Assembly: GCF_037392515.1 (NCBI RefSeq)
Contig: NC_090285.1
Coordinates: 70,717,515 to 70,781,514 of the forward strand
Length of the DNA: 64,000 bases
Direction of reading: 5' to 3'
Source: Haliotis asinina
Taxonomy: Eukaryota
This document shows positions 11,564 through 21,541 of this stretch, one piece after another. Under the pieces are notes generated by a model. The model had not been told where the DNA came from. It did not search any database and saw only the letters and a program-made list of their open reading frames with translations. Positions within the stretch are counted from its first letter, which is position 1. Each line of letters opens with the position of its first letter. The position numbers and the translations under genes were made by a program.

Positions 11564-11692
11564 ATGGGGGTTTTCTCCACTTGTGTTATTGCCCTTGACC
11601 TTACAACCAGCGTCAGTTTCAAGAAGAAAGTAGAGATAAAGAAGAAGATACTTGATAATGGGGGCATTGTTTCTTTCATTGTCACAAAAAAG
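11564..11692 (+). CDS. PARP4: PARP4 (vault PARP) exon 1, carrying the start codon and the beginning of the BRCT domain
   Basis: ATG at 11564 (MGVFSTCVIALDLTTSVSFKKKVEIKKKILDNGGIVSFIVTKK). The KKK..I...GG.FSF pattern matches the vertebrate PARP4 N-terminus as recalled. Donor AAG|gtacta, phase 0. Confidence 0.65.
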
Positions 11693-11783
11693 GTACTACT
11701 TTTTTTATGATAGATATGCTGGATAGATGGCTTGGTAGGATGTGATAGAAGTGTTATGTTTCTTAGGAATTGGAAACAGTGAC

Positions 11784-12545
11784 TGTAAATCACGAATTTT
11801 TTGCGAGCATGATATTTTTGCGAAAATTGCGAATGACTTGAGCTTGCAAAAATATCATGACGCAATTTAATTTGCTGGTAGAATGCAATGAATAATCAGC
11901 AAACAACCTGTCCTATCTTCATTTTATTATTTACCAGTTCATATAATTAACAATAGATCTAGACAATACACATATTAAGCAATGACAACATTGCGAAGAA
12001 TGACTAATTACTAGCATTACTCGTACTCACCTGTCACATGTCAAACAATGTATACCTGAACAAAAGTTACTAATCAGTACGCCCGATAGTCCAGACAGGC
12101 ACCAACCATGCAACACACATTTCTTAGAGACTGTTTGAAAGGCCAAGACTATCACGCGTTCGTGGATAGGTTTCATGACACTTACCTAGAGATCAACATC
12201 TTCGCCGACACTGACTAAACTGGTCCTCCATCAGTGCCAATTTATTAGAGTCATTCCATTTAATTTAATCAATTTGAACTGTTTTAAGCTTACCTGGCCT
12301 ATGCAGCAAGTGTTGATTTTAGGAAAACATCACTGATCGCATATACAGTGGAAGTACTCCACTGAATGGTGTTCAGGATTAGCAACAAATTTGAATTTAC
12401 TTCACTTAAAACTTTCAAATGCAAGTAAGCTTTGAAACTGTCAAACAAAACTATGTTTTGAGAATTAGGCAACATCGTGACGTAAAACCATCTGTTGGTC
12501 GCCACTCGCAAAAATATCATGACACAAAAATTTCGTGATTTACAG
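11784..12545. mobile_element. MITE-like non-autonomous DNA element in PARP4 intron 1 (about 760 bp, about 40-bp terminal inverted repeats)
   Basis: ctgtaaatcacgaattttttgcgagcatgatatttttgcg at 11786-11825 is the reverse complement of 12500-12545 (...cgcaaaaatatcatgacacaaaaatttcgtgatttacag). The left end also folds into a local hairpin with 11847-11868. No coding capacity. A target-site duplication was not resolved. Confidence 0.45.
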
Positions 12546-12782
12546 TACTCATGTTTACTTAATGAAAGTTCTAAGGCTCTGGAAAGATTTGATGAAATGG
12601 ATAAGGTCATGAAAGTTGAAATACATGTGTAAAGTGGCAAGTAGAGGGTTTAATACATATTGATTTGTGTGCTGACTAAATAATTACTTCCAGAGTGGTT
12701 GCAGATGTAATAATTAGTTCAGCTTTTTTCCTTAGGAGGCTATAAAACATTAAGATTTAAATATCCCTATTACTTGACACAG

Positions 12783-12981
12783 ACAACACTTGTCATTGGA
12801 AATGATCCAGAGAAGTTCGATGTGTCATCAAAATGCAGGATGGCTGTCAAATATGGCATTCCAGTTGTCTCCCCTGATTATGTGTCAGACGCCATTAGAC
12901 ATGGCCAGCTACCTCTCACAGATGAGTACATCATTGGCGGGAGGAGCAAGACATCAGATTTCAAGTCAGGAAAAATTACAG
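12783..12981 (+). CDS. PARP4: PARP4 exon 2 (BRCT domain)
   Basis: Acceptor cacag|ACA. TTLVIGNDPEKFDVSSKCRMAVKYGIPVVSPDYVSDAIRHGQLPLTDEYIIGG... has a BRCT-like fold signature. Donor ACAG|gtaaaa, phase 1. Confidence 0.7.
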
Positions 12982-13272
12982 GTAAAATGTGATCCAGTTG
13001 TAGACACTGAATCAACTAGTGATTACGAACAAGTTTATCACAAGGAATCTACTGGTAGTGAAGTCAGTATTAGACACCAATGTTTGTTCAGAAGCAATGA
13101 GATCATCTCTGTGTCTGTTGTTTTTCTTTCAATGGTGTCATTTTATTGGACAGATAAAGATTTTTTTCGGAATCAGATGTAAATCCTTTGCTGCATTTCC
13201 TTGTGTTTACTGTATGTAAATCTGCCATCTTGAATATGTCATGTGTAGGAGGTGTTTAAATATTCATTGCAG

Positions 13273-13415
13273 CGCTAAGGCCAAAGACAGAGCAGAGGAA
13301 GAAGACCAAGTCCATTTTCAGCATCAAGGGGGTTAAAGTATGGCAGTATGGGGACAATAAGGCTCCATTCTTTGATGAAAACAAATATGAAGTTGCCAAG
13401 TATGCCATGTTTGAG
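13273..13415 (+). CDS. PARP4: PARP4 exon 3
   Basis: Acceptor ttgcag|CG. ...FSIKGVKVWQYGDNKAPFFDENKYEVAKYAMFE resembles vertebrate ..FEVAKYNTLEKV. Donor GAG|gttagt. Phase consistent with the neighbouring exons. Confidence 0.6.
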
Positions 13416-13892
13416 GTTAGTATAAGTTGTGTGTGAGTCAGCTACCAAGATCCAAGGTTTGTTTGGAAGTCTGAGCAAACTGGATCTACCTTCCTAGTCT
13501 GGGATGTATAGTAATTTAGAACTATCTGACCATTCCCACAGATACTATCTAAGCTTCATTTACGATATCCAAGTCTTGATCTATGCAGTATTTCGGCAGT
13601 AGTGCATGTCTGTATTGAACATCAAATGGTTCTCTTTCACAGAGGTACCTCTGCCTTCATATTACTGGAATACTGCTAGAACAGAGTGGTGTTAAACTGA
13701 TCTCTCTCACTCACTCACTAAGCTACTGTAGGGCTACAGCTGTCATAACTCCGGCAAAATAGTCTCTATGATCGCTATGTGAACTAACCTCTATCATCTC
13801 TTATTTCATGTTCTTAGATGTTTTGAGAGATTTTATTAAGTGTTGTCCACAGTCTTGTCCAGGTTTGTGACATCTTGTCCCATGTTCTCCAG

Positions 13893-14030
13893 GGTTATGA
13901 TAAGAAAACAGATGCAGCTACTTTCTTTGTGGTGGAGGTCCATGTGACTGAGTCCCAGGACCAGAACAAGGACTCGGAGGAACCCCGCTTCAGGGTGTAC
14001 ACTCACCATGGCAACCTCAAGGATGCTCAG
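13893..14030 (+). CDS. PARP4: PARP4 exon 4
   Basis: Acceptor ctccag|GG. GYDKKTDAATFFVVEVHVTESQDQNKDSEEPRFRVYTHHGNLKDAQ. Donor CAG|gtgatg. Phase 0 to 0. Confidence 0.6.
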
Positions 14031-14328
14031 GTGATGTATAAAGGATAAGTTTGAATGAAGTATTTTCAACTTTAGTGAGTGCCTCAAACTGAAATGTGTG
14101 ATTCATTATATATTTGGATATAGGTTTTATGACACAATAGTGCTTTCTCTTAAAAAGTTTTAGTTACAATAGGCTTCAATAGATGATTAAAAGTATTTTG
14201 TTTGATGTAATCGAGTGATAGTTATGTGTGGCATTTAATATATCAAACTTTGTGGTTTGAAAAAATATTGACAATCAGTGAAGGAACAATTCAAGACATT
14301 TGTTTTTGTTGTTGTATTTATGTTCCAG

Positions 14329-14493
14329 GAAGGGTATGACTGTTGTAGAGAATGTAGATATGCCAAAACATCAGAGGAAATACTGGCCATATTTGGTAAT
14401 GTGTACAAGGAACAGACCCTGCCAGGCAAGAAGATGGCCATAGTTACAGGGAGGAAAGTCAGCAGGAATATTGGATCTCCCAGACTGCAAAAG
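14329..14493 (+). CDS. PARP4: PARP4 exon 5
   Basis: Acceptor tgttccag|GA. EGYDCCRECRYAKTSEEILAIFGNVYKEQTLPGKKMAIVTGRKVSRNIGSPRLQK. Donor AAG|gtgata. Confidence 0.6.
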
Positions 14494-14556
14494 GTGATAT
14501 AGCTCATGCCAACATGAACAATGAAGTGTGTGTGTTGACACCAAATACATAAATAT

Positions 14557-15213
14557 CAGTCCCTCCTGGATTCCGCGATACTGCAGTTGCAGAAAAAATC
14601 ACAGAATTTACCTTTCCATGCAGAAAAGCGTCTAGTCCGCAGAAAACGCATTTTCGTGCAGAATCTGTGCAGAATTTGCCACTTTTCTGCCGCGGAATTT
14701 GATAGCCGAAATGAAAAGTAGAGTTAATGTCAGGAGTAGGATCGGTTACACATAAAACAAACTGACATATTTATTGTGACAACATTTAATAATTACGTTA
14801 ATTAAGACGCTTTATTAATAAAGCAAGTTTTATTTGACACTGCAGTTATGTTCTCAAAATCGATCATTTTGAAAAGAGAAATTATTTCAGATTTCGTTTA
14901 AATATAAAATTATTATTTGCATGAAACCGGAACTTGTTTGTCTGCATCAAAGTTACGAATGAGAGGAGAGAAATAGCTTTCAGTGAGTGTATAGAAAAAG
15001 GTGTCGGTACTTTGTCATCAAACTTACTCAAGATGTGATGTGTACTGTCGACTTAACTTTATATCTGTGTTTGAGACTTAAAGTTAAACTATGAAGGTCT
15101 GTATAATGTTTTTTTAGTTTTTTCTAAATGTTTTAACCGCAGAATGTTTTGCAGAATATTGAAAAATGTGGTGCAGAATTTGCTAATTTTGCCGCAGAAT
15201 CCAGGAGGGACTG
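14557..15213. mobile_element. MITE in PARP4 intron 5 (657 bp). It has 21-bp terminal inverted repeats CAGTCCCTCCTGGATTC(C/T)GCG, subterminal GCAGAA-type repeats, and a 6-bp target-site duplication AAATAT.
   Basis: 14557-14577 is the reverse complement of 15193-15213 with one mismatch. Flanking AAATAT at 14551-14556 and 15214-15219. No ORF. Internal repeated tgcagaa/cgcagaa motifs near both ends. Confidence 0.6.
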
Positions 15214-15678
15214 AAATATTTTTGACTTCATCATATGCAAATGGTTTTAACACGATACATGATATGCTTACATTGTAGATGATGACATTAGGTATATGTA
15301 TATTTGCTTTCTGTGAGTGTGGTCATTATTGCTGGTCAAGCATCCAAGAATGCCACATGATGATGAGTTTCATATTTGTAAAATAGTAACAACATCCTAG
15401 CCACATTTGTAAGTAATGTGTACAAGCCAATTGTACAATTCTCACTACACTGGGAGCATCTATTTAATGGTGTGTTTGGATGCTTCACTGTACAATATTA
15501 TAGGTTTGTCTGTAAATAATTAAGTCTGGTCTAGACAATCCAGTGATTGACATCATGAAATATGATGACAGAGCATTTTTTTGTGGATAAAAAAGTGACA
15601 GTACTAGGTGCCATACCTGGGTCTTTGTAGTTAACCATGTTCTTTATGGCTGCCTGAGTTCATGTTCATCTGTTCCAG

Positions 15679-15816
15679 ATTTTGGCAGAGTTACCTTCTG
15701 AAAGTCCTGACCTTGATCGTCATGTGTCTGACCTTGTTGAACATGTGTGGCGTGAGGTTGCAGGGGAGATAACTGAGGTTATCACAATGCCAGTCAACAA
15801 AGTGAAGATGGACCAG
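15679..15816 (+). CDS. PARP4: PARP4 exon 6
   Basis: Acceptor tgttccag|AT. ILAELPSESPDLDRHVSDLVEHVWREVAGEITEVITMPVNKVKMDQ resembles vertebrate ..SQEVSDLVEMIWAEALGHLE..KPVNRISLNDV. Donor CAG|gtagga. Confidence 0.7.
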
Positions 15817-16196
15817 GTAGGACTTCTATTTGGGTAGTACCACCTCACATACTGTTTGCTGGAAATTATTTCTACATCTACAGTATAAGGACTGTGGTAC
15901 AAGATAGTCCAGTACTAGATAAACAATTGAAGTTTTATGCATTCCCATAGAAAGTCCATAAGTAGTTTCTAGAATACAACTAGTTGTTGTGTTGTCCAGT
16001 GTTACTGTGGGGATGGGGCATCATCATCTCTCACCTAGCTGCTGTCTTTTGGCCCAAGGACCTTCCCTTACCAATATTGATCCACTGATAGTAGATTTGA
16101 ATTTCAGATTTGTTTGGGTGGTATATTGATAAATAGTGGTTGTCAGCATAAGATCTGTAGCAACATTAGCAGCAGTTCTTGCTTAATGTGCCTAAA

Positions 16197-16495
16197 CAAA
16201 TGGGTTGGTGGAGAGATGGAGGGTGTGTTGCTATAGGTCGGTAGAGAGATGGAGGGTGAGTTGCTATAGGTCGGTGGAGAGATGGAGGATGTGTTGCTAT
16301 AGGTCAGTGGAGAGATGGAGGATGTGCTGCTATAGGTTGGTGGAGAGATGGAGGGTGTGCTGCTATAGGTCGGTAGAGAGATGGAGGGTGTGCTGCTATA
16401 GGTCGGTAGAGAGATGGAGGGTGTGCTGCTATAGGTCGGTAGAGAGATGGAGGATGTGCTGCTATAGGTCGGTGGAGTGATGGAGGGTGTTTGGA
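16197..16495. repeat. Minisatellite, 33-bp unit with about 9 copies (intron 6)
   Basis: gtcggt(a/g)gagagatggagg(g/a)tg(t/a)g(t/c)tgctatag repeats. It produces artefactual ORFs on both strands. Confidence 0.85.
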
Positions 16496-16589
16496 TATAG
16501 CAAGAAACGTAGTCAAATCACCACAGAAATGGTTTGAGGTGCTAATGATGTGTGATAAAGTGCAAGAAAAGTAAATAGGTTGGATGCCA

Positions 16590-17385
16590 GTGTATTTTGG
16601 GAGAAGCTAGTAGGAGGTTGTGTACTGGTGTGTTTTGGGAGAAGCTAGTAGGAGGTTGTGTACTGATGTGTTTTGGGAGGAGCTAGTAGGAGGTTGTCTA
16701 CTGATGTGTTTTGGGAGAAGCTAGTAGGAGGTTGTTAACTGGTGTGTTTTGGGAGAAGCTAGTAGGAGGTTGTGTACTGGTGTGTTTTGGGAGAAGCTAG
16801 TAGGAGGTTATATACTGATGTGTTTTGGGAGAAGCTAGTACGAGGTTGTCTACTGATGTGTTTTGGGAGAAGTGAGAAAGAGGTTGTCTACTGCTCTGTT
16901 TTGGGAGATATTAGTACGAGGTTATCTTGTGGTATGTTTTGGGAGAAGTGAGTAGGAGGTTGTCTACTGGTGTGTTTTGAGAGAAGTTAGTATGAGGTTT
17001 TCTACTGATGTGCTTTAGGAGAAGTGAGTACGAGGTTGTCTACTGGTGTGTTTTGGGAGAAGGTAGTAGGAGGTTGTCTACTGATGTGCATTAGAAGAAG
17101 TGAGTAGGAGGTTGTCTACTGATGTGTTTTTAGAGATGTTAGTACGAGGTTATCTACAGATGTGTTTTGGGAGAAGTGAGTAGGAGGTTGTTAACTGGTG
17201 TGTTTTGGGAGAAGCTAGTAGGAGGTTGTCTAATGATGTGTTTTCGGAGATGTGAGTAGGAAGTTGTCTACTGACGTGGTTAGGGAGAAGTTAATAGGAG
17301 ATTGTCTAGTGGGGTGTTTTGGGAGAAGTGACTAGGAGGTTGTCTGCTGATGTGGTTTGGGGGAAGTATTTAGTCCTATTTTTAC
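16590..17385. repeat. Minisatellite, 38-bp unit with about 21 copies (intron 6)
   Basis: gtgttttgggagaagctagtaggaggttgtgtactgat and variants repeat. Confidence 0.85.
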
Positions 17386-17393
17386 TGTTGCAG

Positions 17394-17561
17394 CTGGAGA
17401 AGGCAGAGGCCATCTTGATGCAGATCCAGGACCGTTTAATGGCCAGCAAGACAGACCAGCTCAACTCTTTGAGGAATGACTTCTACGAAGCCCTCCCACA
17501 CAGACATCCAGATGAGGATGTCAGCAAACAGTGGGTGGCAACTAAGCTTGATCTGTGTCAG
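17394..17561 (+). CDS. PARP4: PARP4 exon 7
   Basis: Acceptor ttgcag|CTG directly follows the minisatellite. LEKAEAILMQIQDRLMASKTDQLNSLRNDFYEALPHRHPDEDVSKQWVATKLDLCQ resembles vertebrate SKAEGILLLVKAA...FYRLIPHKG...LLAKKADLCQ. Donor CAG|gtgggt. Confidence 0.75.
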
Positions 17562-17794
17562 GTGGGTTGGTTCTCTTACATTTAATATACTTGTGTTAAT
17601 GCCTGTGTTTGAAATAAGGTCCCTCTGACTGTCCAGCCGAGACAGGCTAGATTTCTGATGGACGGCCTAAATTTACAGCTAACCAGTCAGATGGTCTGGT
17701 AAGGAATTTAGATATTCCATACATCTGAGTGATTTCTCAGTATCTTGGTGACTGATCTGGTCTGGTTTAATCTATTTTGGGTTGGAGTACAACA

Positions 17795-18545
17795 CTCAGT
17801 GGTCATTGTGTGGGAGTACAACACTGAGACCTTGTGTGAGAGTTAGTGGTCATTGTGTGGGAGTACAACACTAAGTGGTCATTGTGTGGAAGTACAACAC
17901 TTAGTGGTCATTGTGTGGAAGTACAACACTTAGTGGTCATTGTGTGGGAGTACAACACTCAGTGATCATTGTGTGAGAGTACAACACTGAGTGATCATTG
18001 TGTGAGAGTACAACACTTAGTGATCATTGTGAGGGAGTACAACACTCAGTGGTCATTGTGTAGAAGTACAACACTGAATGATCATTGTGTGGGAGTACAA
18101 CACAGTGATGATTGTGTGGGAGTACAACACTGAGTGATCACTGTGTAGGATTACAACACTCAGTGATGATTGTGTGGGAGTACAACACTTAGTGGTCATT
18201 GTGTGGGAGTACAACACTGAGAAATTGTGTGGGAGTACAACACTCAGTGATCATTGAGTGGGAGTACAGCACTGAGTGATCATTTTGTAGGAGTACAACA
18301 CTGTGTGATCATTGTGTAGGAGTACAACACTGAGTAATCATTGTTTGGGAGTACAACACTCAGTGATTATTGTTTGGGAGTACAACACTCAGTGATCATT
18401 GTGTTGGAGTACAACACTGAATGATCATTGTGTGGGAGTACAACACTGAGTGATCTTTGTTTAGGAGTACAACACTGAGACATTGTTGGGGGGGTACAAC
18501 ACTCAGTGATCATTGTGTAGGAGTAAAACACTTAGTGGTCATTGT
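17795..18545. repeat. Minisatellite, 29-bp unit with about 26 copies (intron 7)
   Basis: gtgggagtacaacactgagtgatcattgt and variants repeat. Confidence 0.85.
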
Positions 18546-18580
18546 ATGGGAGTGCTCACAGTAATGATGGACTTTTCCAG

Positions 18581-18741
18581 TTGATCCGGGATATGATCTC
18601 TGTGAGCGAGGCCACTAACTGGTCCACTAGAAGTAGCACCGAGGCCAAGTACCGAGCCCTGCGATGCAGTATCGACTATCTTGAGTCACATGACCCACAA
18701 CACAAGTTGGTGAGAGACCTTGTTGAATCGTCCATTGAAGG
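18581..18741 (+). CDS. PARP4: PARP4 exon 8 (regulatory/helical region just before the catalytic domain)
   Basis: Acceptor ttccag|TTG. LIRDMISVSEATNWSTRSSTEAKYRALRCSIDYLESHDPQHKLVRDLVESSIEG resembles vertebrate LIRDMVNVCE...LAKYRALRCKIEHVEQ. Donor G|gtaagc, phase 2. Confidence 0.8.
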
Positions 18742-18764
18742 GTAAGCCTCACAAGTCTTTATTG

Positions 18765-19005
18765 CATCATATGTCTGTAGGTTATCACAGAAACATTTCA
18801 TGTCTTGTGTCTGTAGGTTATCACAGAAACATTTCATGTCTTGTGTCCGTAGGTTATCACAGAAACATTTCATGTCTTGTGTCTGTAGGCTATCACAGAA
18901 ACATTTCATGTCTTGTGTCTGTAGGTTATCACAGAAGGATTTCATGTCTTGTGCCTGTAGGTTATCACAGAAGGATTTCATGTCTTGTGCCTGTAGGTTT
19001 TCTTG
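18765..19005. repeat. Minisatellite, 36-bp unit with about 6.5 copies, starting about 20 bp after the exon 8 donor
   Basis: gtctgtaggttatcacagaaacatttcatgtcttgt repeats. It generates the 98/116-aa ORFs at 18720-19026. Confidence 0.85.
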
Positions 19006-19148
19006 ATGTGAATTAGCAGCAAGCATTGGTAGAAAGGCGATAGGTCTAATAGTGACATCTCTCGTGATTTGGTTATTCCTTTAATCAGATTTTTGAAGTC
19101 CATGTTTTGTCAGATGTTCTCTTGAACATAATGTCCTTGTTTTGTCAG

Positions 19149-19286
19149 AGATATAAAACTGGAGATCAAGGCTGTGTACGAGGTGCAGCGACCTATTGAG
19201 GAAACCAACTTTCGTCATGACATGGATCACAAACGACTCCTGTTCCATGCATCCAGGCCAGAAAACTTTGTTGGAATATTGTCACG
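19149..19286 (+). CDS. PARP4: PARP4 exon 9 (PARP catalytic domain; H of the H-Y-E triad)
   Basis: Acceptor ttgtcag|A. (G)DIKLEIKAVYEVQRPIEETNFRHDMDHKRLLFHASRPENFVGILSR has the PARP signature LLxH(G/A)S..N..GIL. Donor CG|gttggt, phase 2. Confidence 0.8.
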
Positions 19287-19386
19287 GTTGGTTTCTTTGG
19301 TAATAACTGAAATTACTGAAGCTGTTGTTATTACAGTGATGTTTATCTGGTGACTTGTTCATCTGTCTGTGTGTTCTTGATTTCAG

Positions 19387-19485
19387 TGGGCTGTTGTTGC
19401 CGAAAGTTGTAGTGGAGAACTATGGGGGTCAGAGGTCAGATGCAGGGATGCTGGGAAGTGGACTCTACTTTGCCAGTGCTGCAAG
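19387..19485 (+). CDS. PARP4: PARP4 exon 10 (catalytic domain, donor-loop / Tyr region)
   Basis: Acceptor tttcag|T. (R)GLLLPKVVVENYGGQRSDAGMLGSGLYFASAAR resembles vertebrate GLLLPKVVEDRGVQRTDVGNLGSGIYFS. Donor AG|gtcagt. Confidence 0.8.
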
Positions 19486-20415
19486 GTCAGTTGGTGGGAA
19501 TTGTTGATTACTGGGTGAAAAAGATGCTGCTGTGTAGTTAGCTCAACTGACGCAAGTGCCCTAAGGCAATGTTATTATGTTGTATCACCTAGTGAAATGT
19601 GCCCATGGTGTTATATAGTGATATCGCCTACAGTCCCTCACCTTGTCAGAATGTATCGTTTTGTGTCCAGTTGGAGATCTGTATTGGAGCGGGTCACAAT
19701 GGTGTGAGGAACATCACAAGCAATCAGGTCTTTGAATAGCAGGGAGGGAGAGAACATATATATGTTCCTGTAATAACAACAGAAGCGATAAGACAACAAA
19801 GATATATTCTACACAGTGGAACAAATGGACACCAGCACTAGACAGTGCATTAGCGGTGAATGGAAGCCAACAATTAACTGTTAATTAATGTTGATAGGTG
19901 ATGAACCACAGTAGAGCCTGGACAAAGTGCTGATGGAAGAAAGCATGTAATAGCAGTAATAAATGCAAGAGAGATTTACAAACTGAGGCCTAAACAAACA
20001 AGTTGAAACCATAATAAAATAATTAGCTCCAACGTTGATAAAACAATAAGTACAGACAAGATTGAAATGATCAAAGCGATGAGTTGGAGGTACTGGGCAG
20101 ATGTGTTGGTTCCCTGGTCACGTGGCTGGCCAATGTGAATGGCTTCTGCAGTTTTCTCTGTCACCAGTCACTTTGTGACTTCCCCCATGATGTGATGATC
20201 TTGTGTAGCTAGTCGCGAAACAGTCAGAGTCATACAAGCTTTTTAAGCCCATTTTTAACACATTGGCTATGATCAAAGTTAGGAATACTTAGTGCTGCAA
20301 ATGTTTTGAGAATAGGGACCCAGGTTGTTGAGGATGTGTTCAGAGATAACAGATTTGAGGTATAGTTAACATGTTAAGGACATTGTGTCTATCTGACCTG
20401 ACCGTGTTGTTGTAG

Positions 20416-20599
20416 CACCAGTGCCCAGTATTCCCGTGAGAGCAAGACGAAGGGCACAAGGCTGATGCTGGTGGCTGATGTTGCTCTAGGCCATTGTAAG
20501 GATCTGTATAACCATGACAGGACCCTCAAAGGCCCCCCAGAGGGGTATCACAGTGTACATGGTGTCAAGGACTCACCCAGCACCCCATCAGAATTCATG
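20416..20599 (+). CDS. PARP4: PARP4 exon 11 (catalytic domain)
   Basis: Acceptor ttgtag|C. STSAQYSRESKTKGTRLMLVADVALGHCKDLYNHDRTLKGPPEGYHSVHGVKDSPSTPSEFM resembles vertebrate ...TDGTRLLLICDVALGKC..L...D.SLTEAPPGYDSVHGV. Donor ATG|gtaggg. Confidence 0.8.
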
Positions 20600-20782
20600 G
20601 TAGGGATTATGTCTCATGATGTTTGACTTACAGGCTCATGTTTGAGTATGTTTGACTGTGCAAAGCTAATGTATGATGATGTTTTGACTGCCAGGTTAAT
20701 GTTTGACAATGTTTGACTTTTAGGCTGATGTTTGATAATGATTTGACTACCAGGTTGATGTTTGAATATGTTTGACTTACAG
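20600..20782. repeat. Intron 11. The entire 183-bp intron is about 6 tandem copies of a 30-bp unit, each containing a pseudo-3' splice site.
   Basis: Units of the form tgtttgacttacaggctcatgtttgagta and variants. Every unit carries ttgact(t/g/a)acag or ccag. The last unit provides the real acceptor ttacag|GCTGATGAG. Confidence 0.8.
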
Positions 20783-20939
20783 GCTGATGAGTATGCTGTG
20801 TACAGCATAAACCAGCAGCGTCTGAGATACCTAGTGGAGTTCAGCCTGGAGGGGGACCAAGTTCGGGATGTAAGTCTGGCAGACTGCCAGCAAGACATGG
20901 AGCAGACAGCTTTGGCTGACATGTTGCAGGACAACTTAG
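20783..20939 (+). CDS. PARP4: PARP4 exon 12 (catalytic Glu of the H-Y-E triad)
   Basis: ADEYAVYSINQQRLRYLVEFSLEGDQVRDVSLADCQQDMEQTALADMLQDNLG resembles vertebrate DDEFVVYKTNQVKMKYIIKFS..GDQIKD and the PARP1-type NEYIVY catalytic-Glu motif. Donor G|gtatgt, phase 1. Confidence 0.8.
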
Positions 20940-21066
20940 GTATGTCTGTAGTGTTCACATTTCAGATGTGGCAAACACCAGTGAACATACACAAGTCTCT
21001 TTGTCTGCCACTATATACCTTCACTTTCTGTCCAGTCCTGTTCACTCCTGTCTTTGTCAAACCCAG

Positions 21067-21318
21067 GAAGGCCTGGGTTAGAATATTGGCCTTCAGTAAC
21101 CCATGCTTGTCGCAAGAGGTGACTTATAGGATTGGGTGGTAAGGCTTGCAGACTGGGTTGACACGTTTTTTCAGTTCTCAGTTGTGCAGATTGATGCTTA
21201 TGCTGTTGAGCACAGGATTGTCTGGTCCGGATTCGATTATTTACAGACGGCCGCTGTATAGATGAAATATTGCTGAGTGTGGCATAAAACTAAACTCACT
21301 CACTCAGTCACTCAGCTC
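21067..21318 (+). mobile_element. SINE copy of family A (head of about 100 bp, conserved body, shared tail) in intron 12
   Basis: Head gaaggcctgggttagaatattggccttcagtaacccatgcttg... Body ttgtgcagattgatgcttatgctgttgagcacaggattgtctggtccggattcgattatttacagac. Tail aatattgctgagtgtggcataaaactaaactcactcactc. Homologous to copies at 45690-45898 and 61000-61262. Confidence 0.65.
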
Positions 21319-21407
21319 TTCATGCCATTCATCATTATTGTGCAATATTCACTATTTTCACTGTATTAAGTGAGTTCACTATGTTCCTCCACCTCCCACT
21401 ACTACAG

Positions 21408-21541
21408 ACTTATCTGATGTGCTGGGCATTGAGGATCCTCTGTCTAAGGTGGAGGCTGGTCTGGTTTCGGAGAGCAACAAGATGGCTGTGGAGCTGCAAG
21501 GAGTTCACATCCGTTCCAAACTGGTGGACCTGGCTGCTCAG
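21408..21541 (+). CDS. PARP4: PARP4 exon 13
   Basis: Acceptor ctacag|AC. (D)LSDVLGIEDPLSKVEAGLVSESNKMAVELQGVHIRSKLVDLAAQ resembles vertebrate ..LEDVHIKGRIIDTVAQ. Donor CAG|gtggga. This frame is absent from the ORF track because it is shorter than 60 aa. Confidence 0.7.

Noticed and set aside
16205-16516. ORFs of 70-91 aa on both strands (VERWRVCCYRS repeats)
   Set aside because: They lie wholly inside a 33-bp minisatellite. The periodic, stop-free sequence yields artefactual ORFs. There is no start or splice context and no homology.
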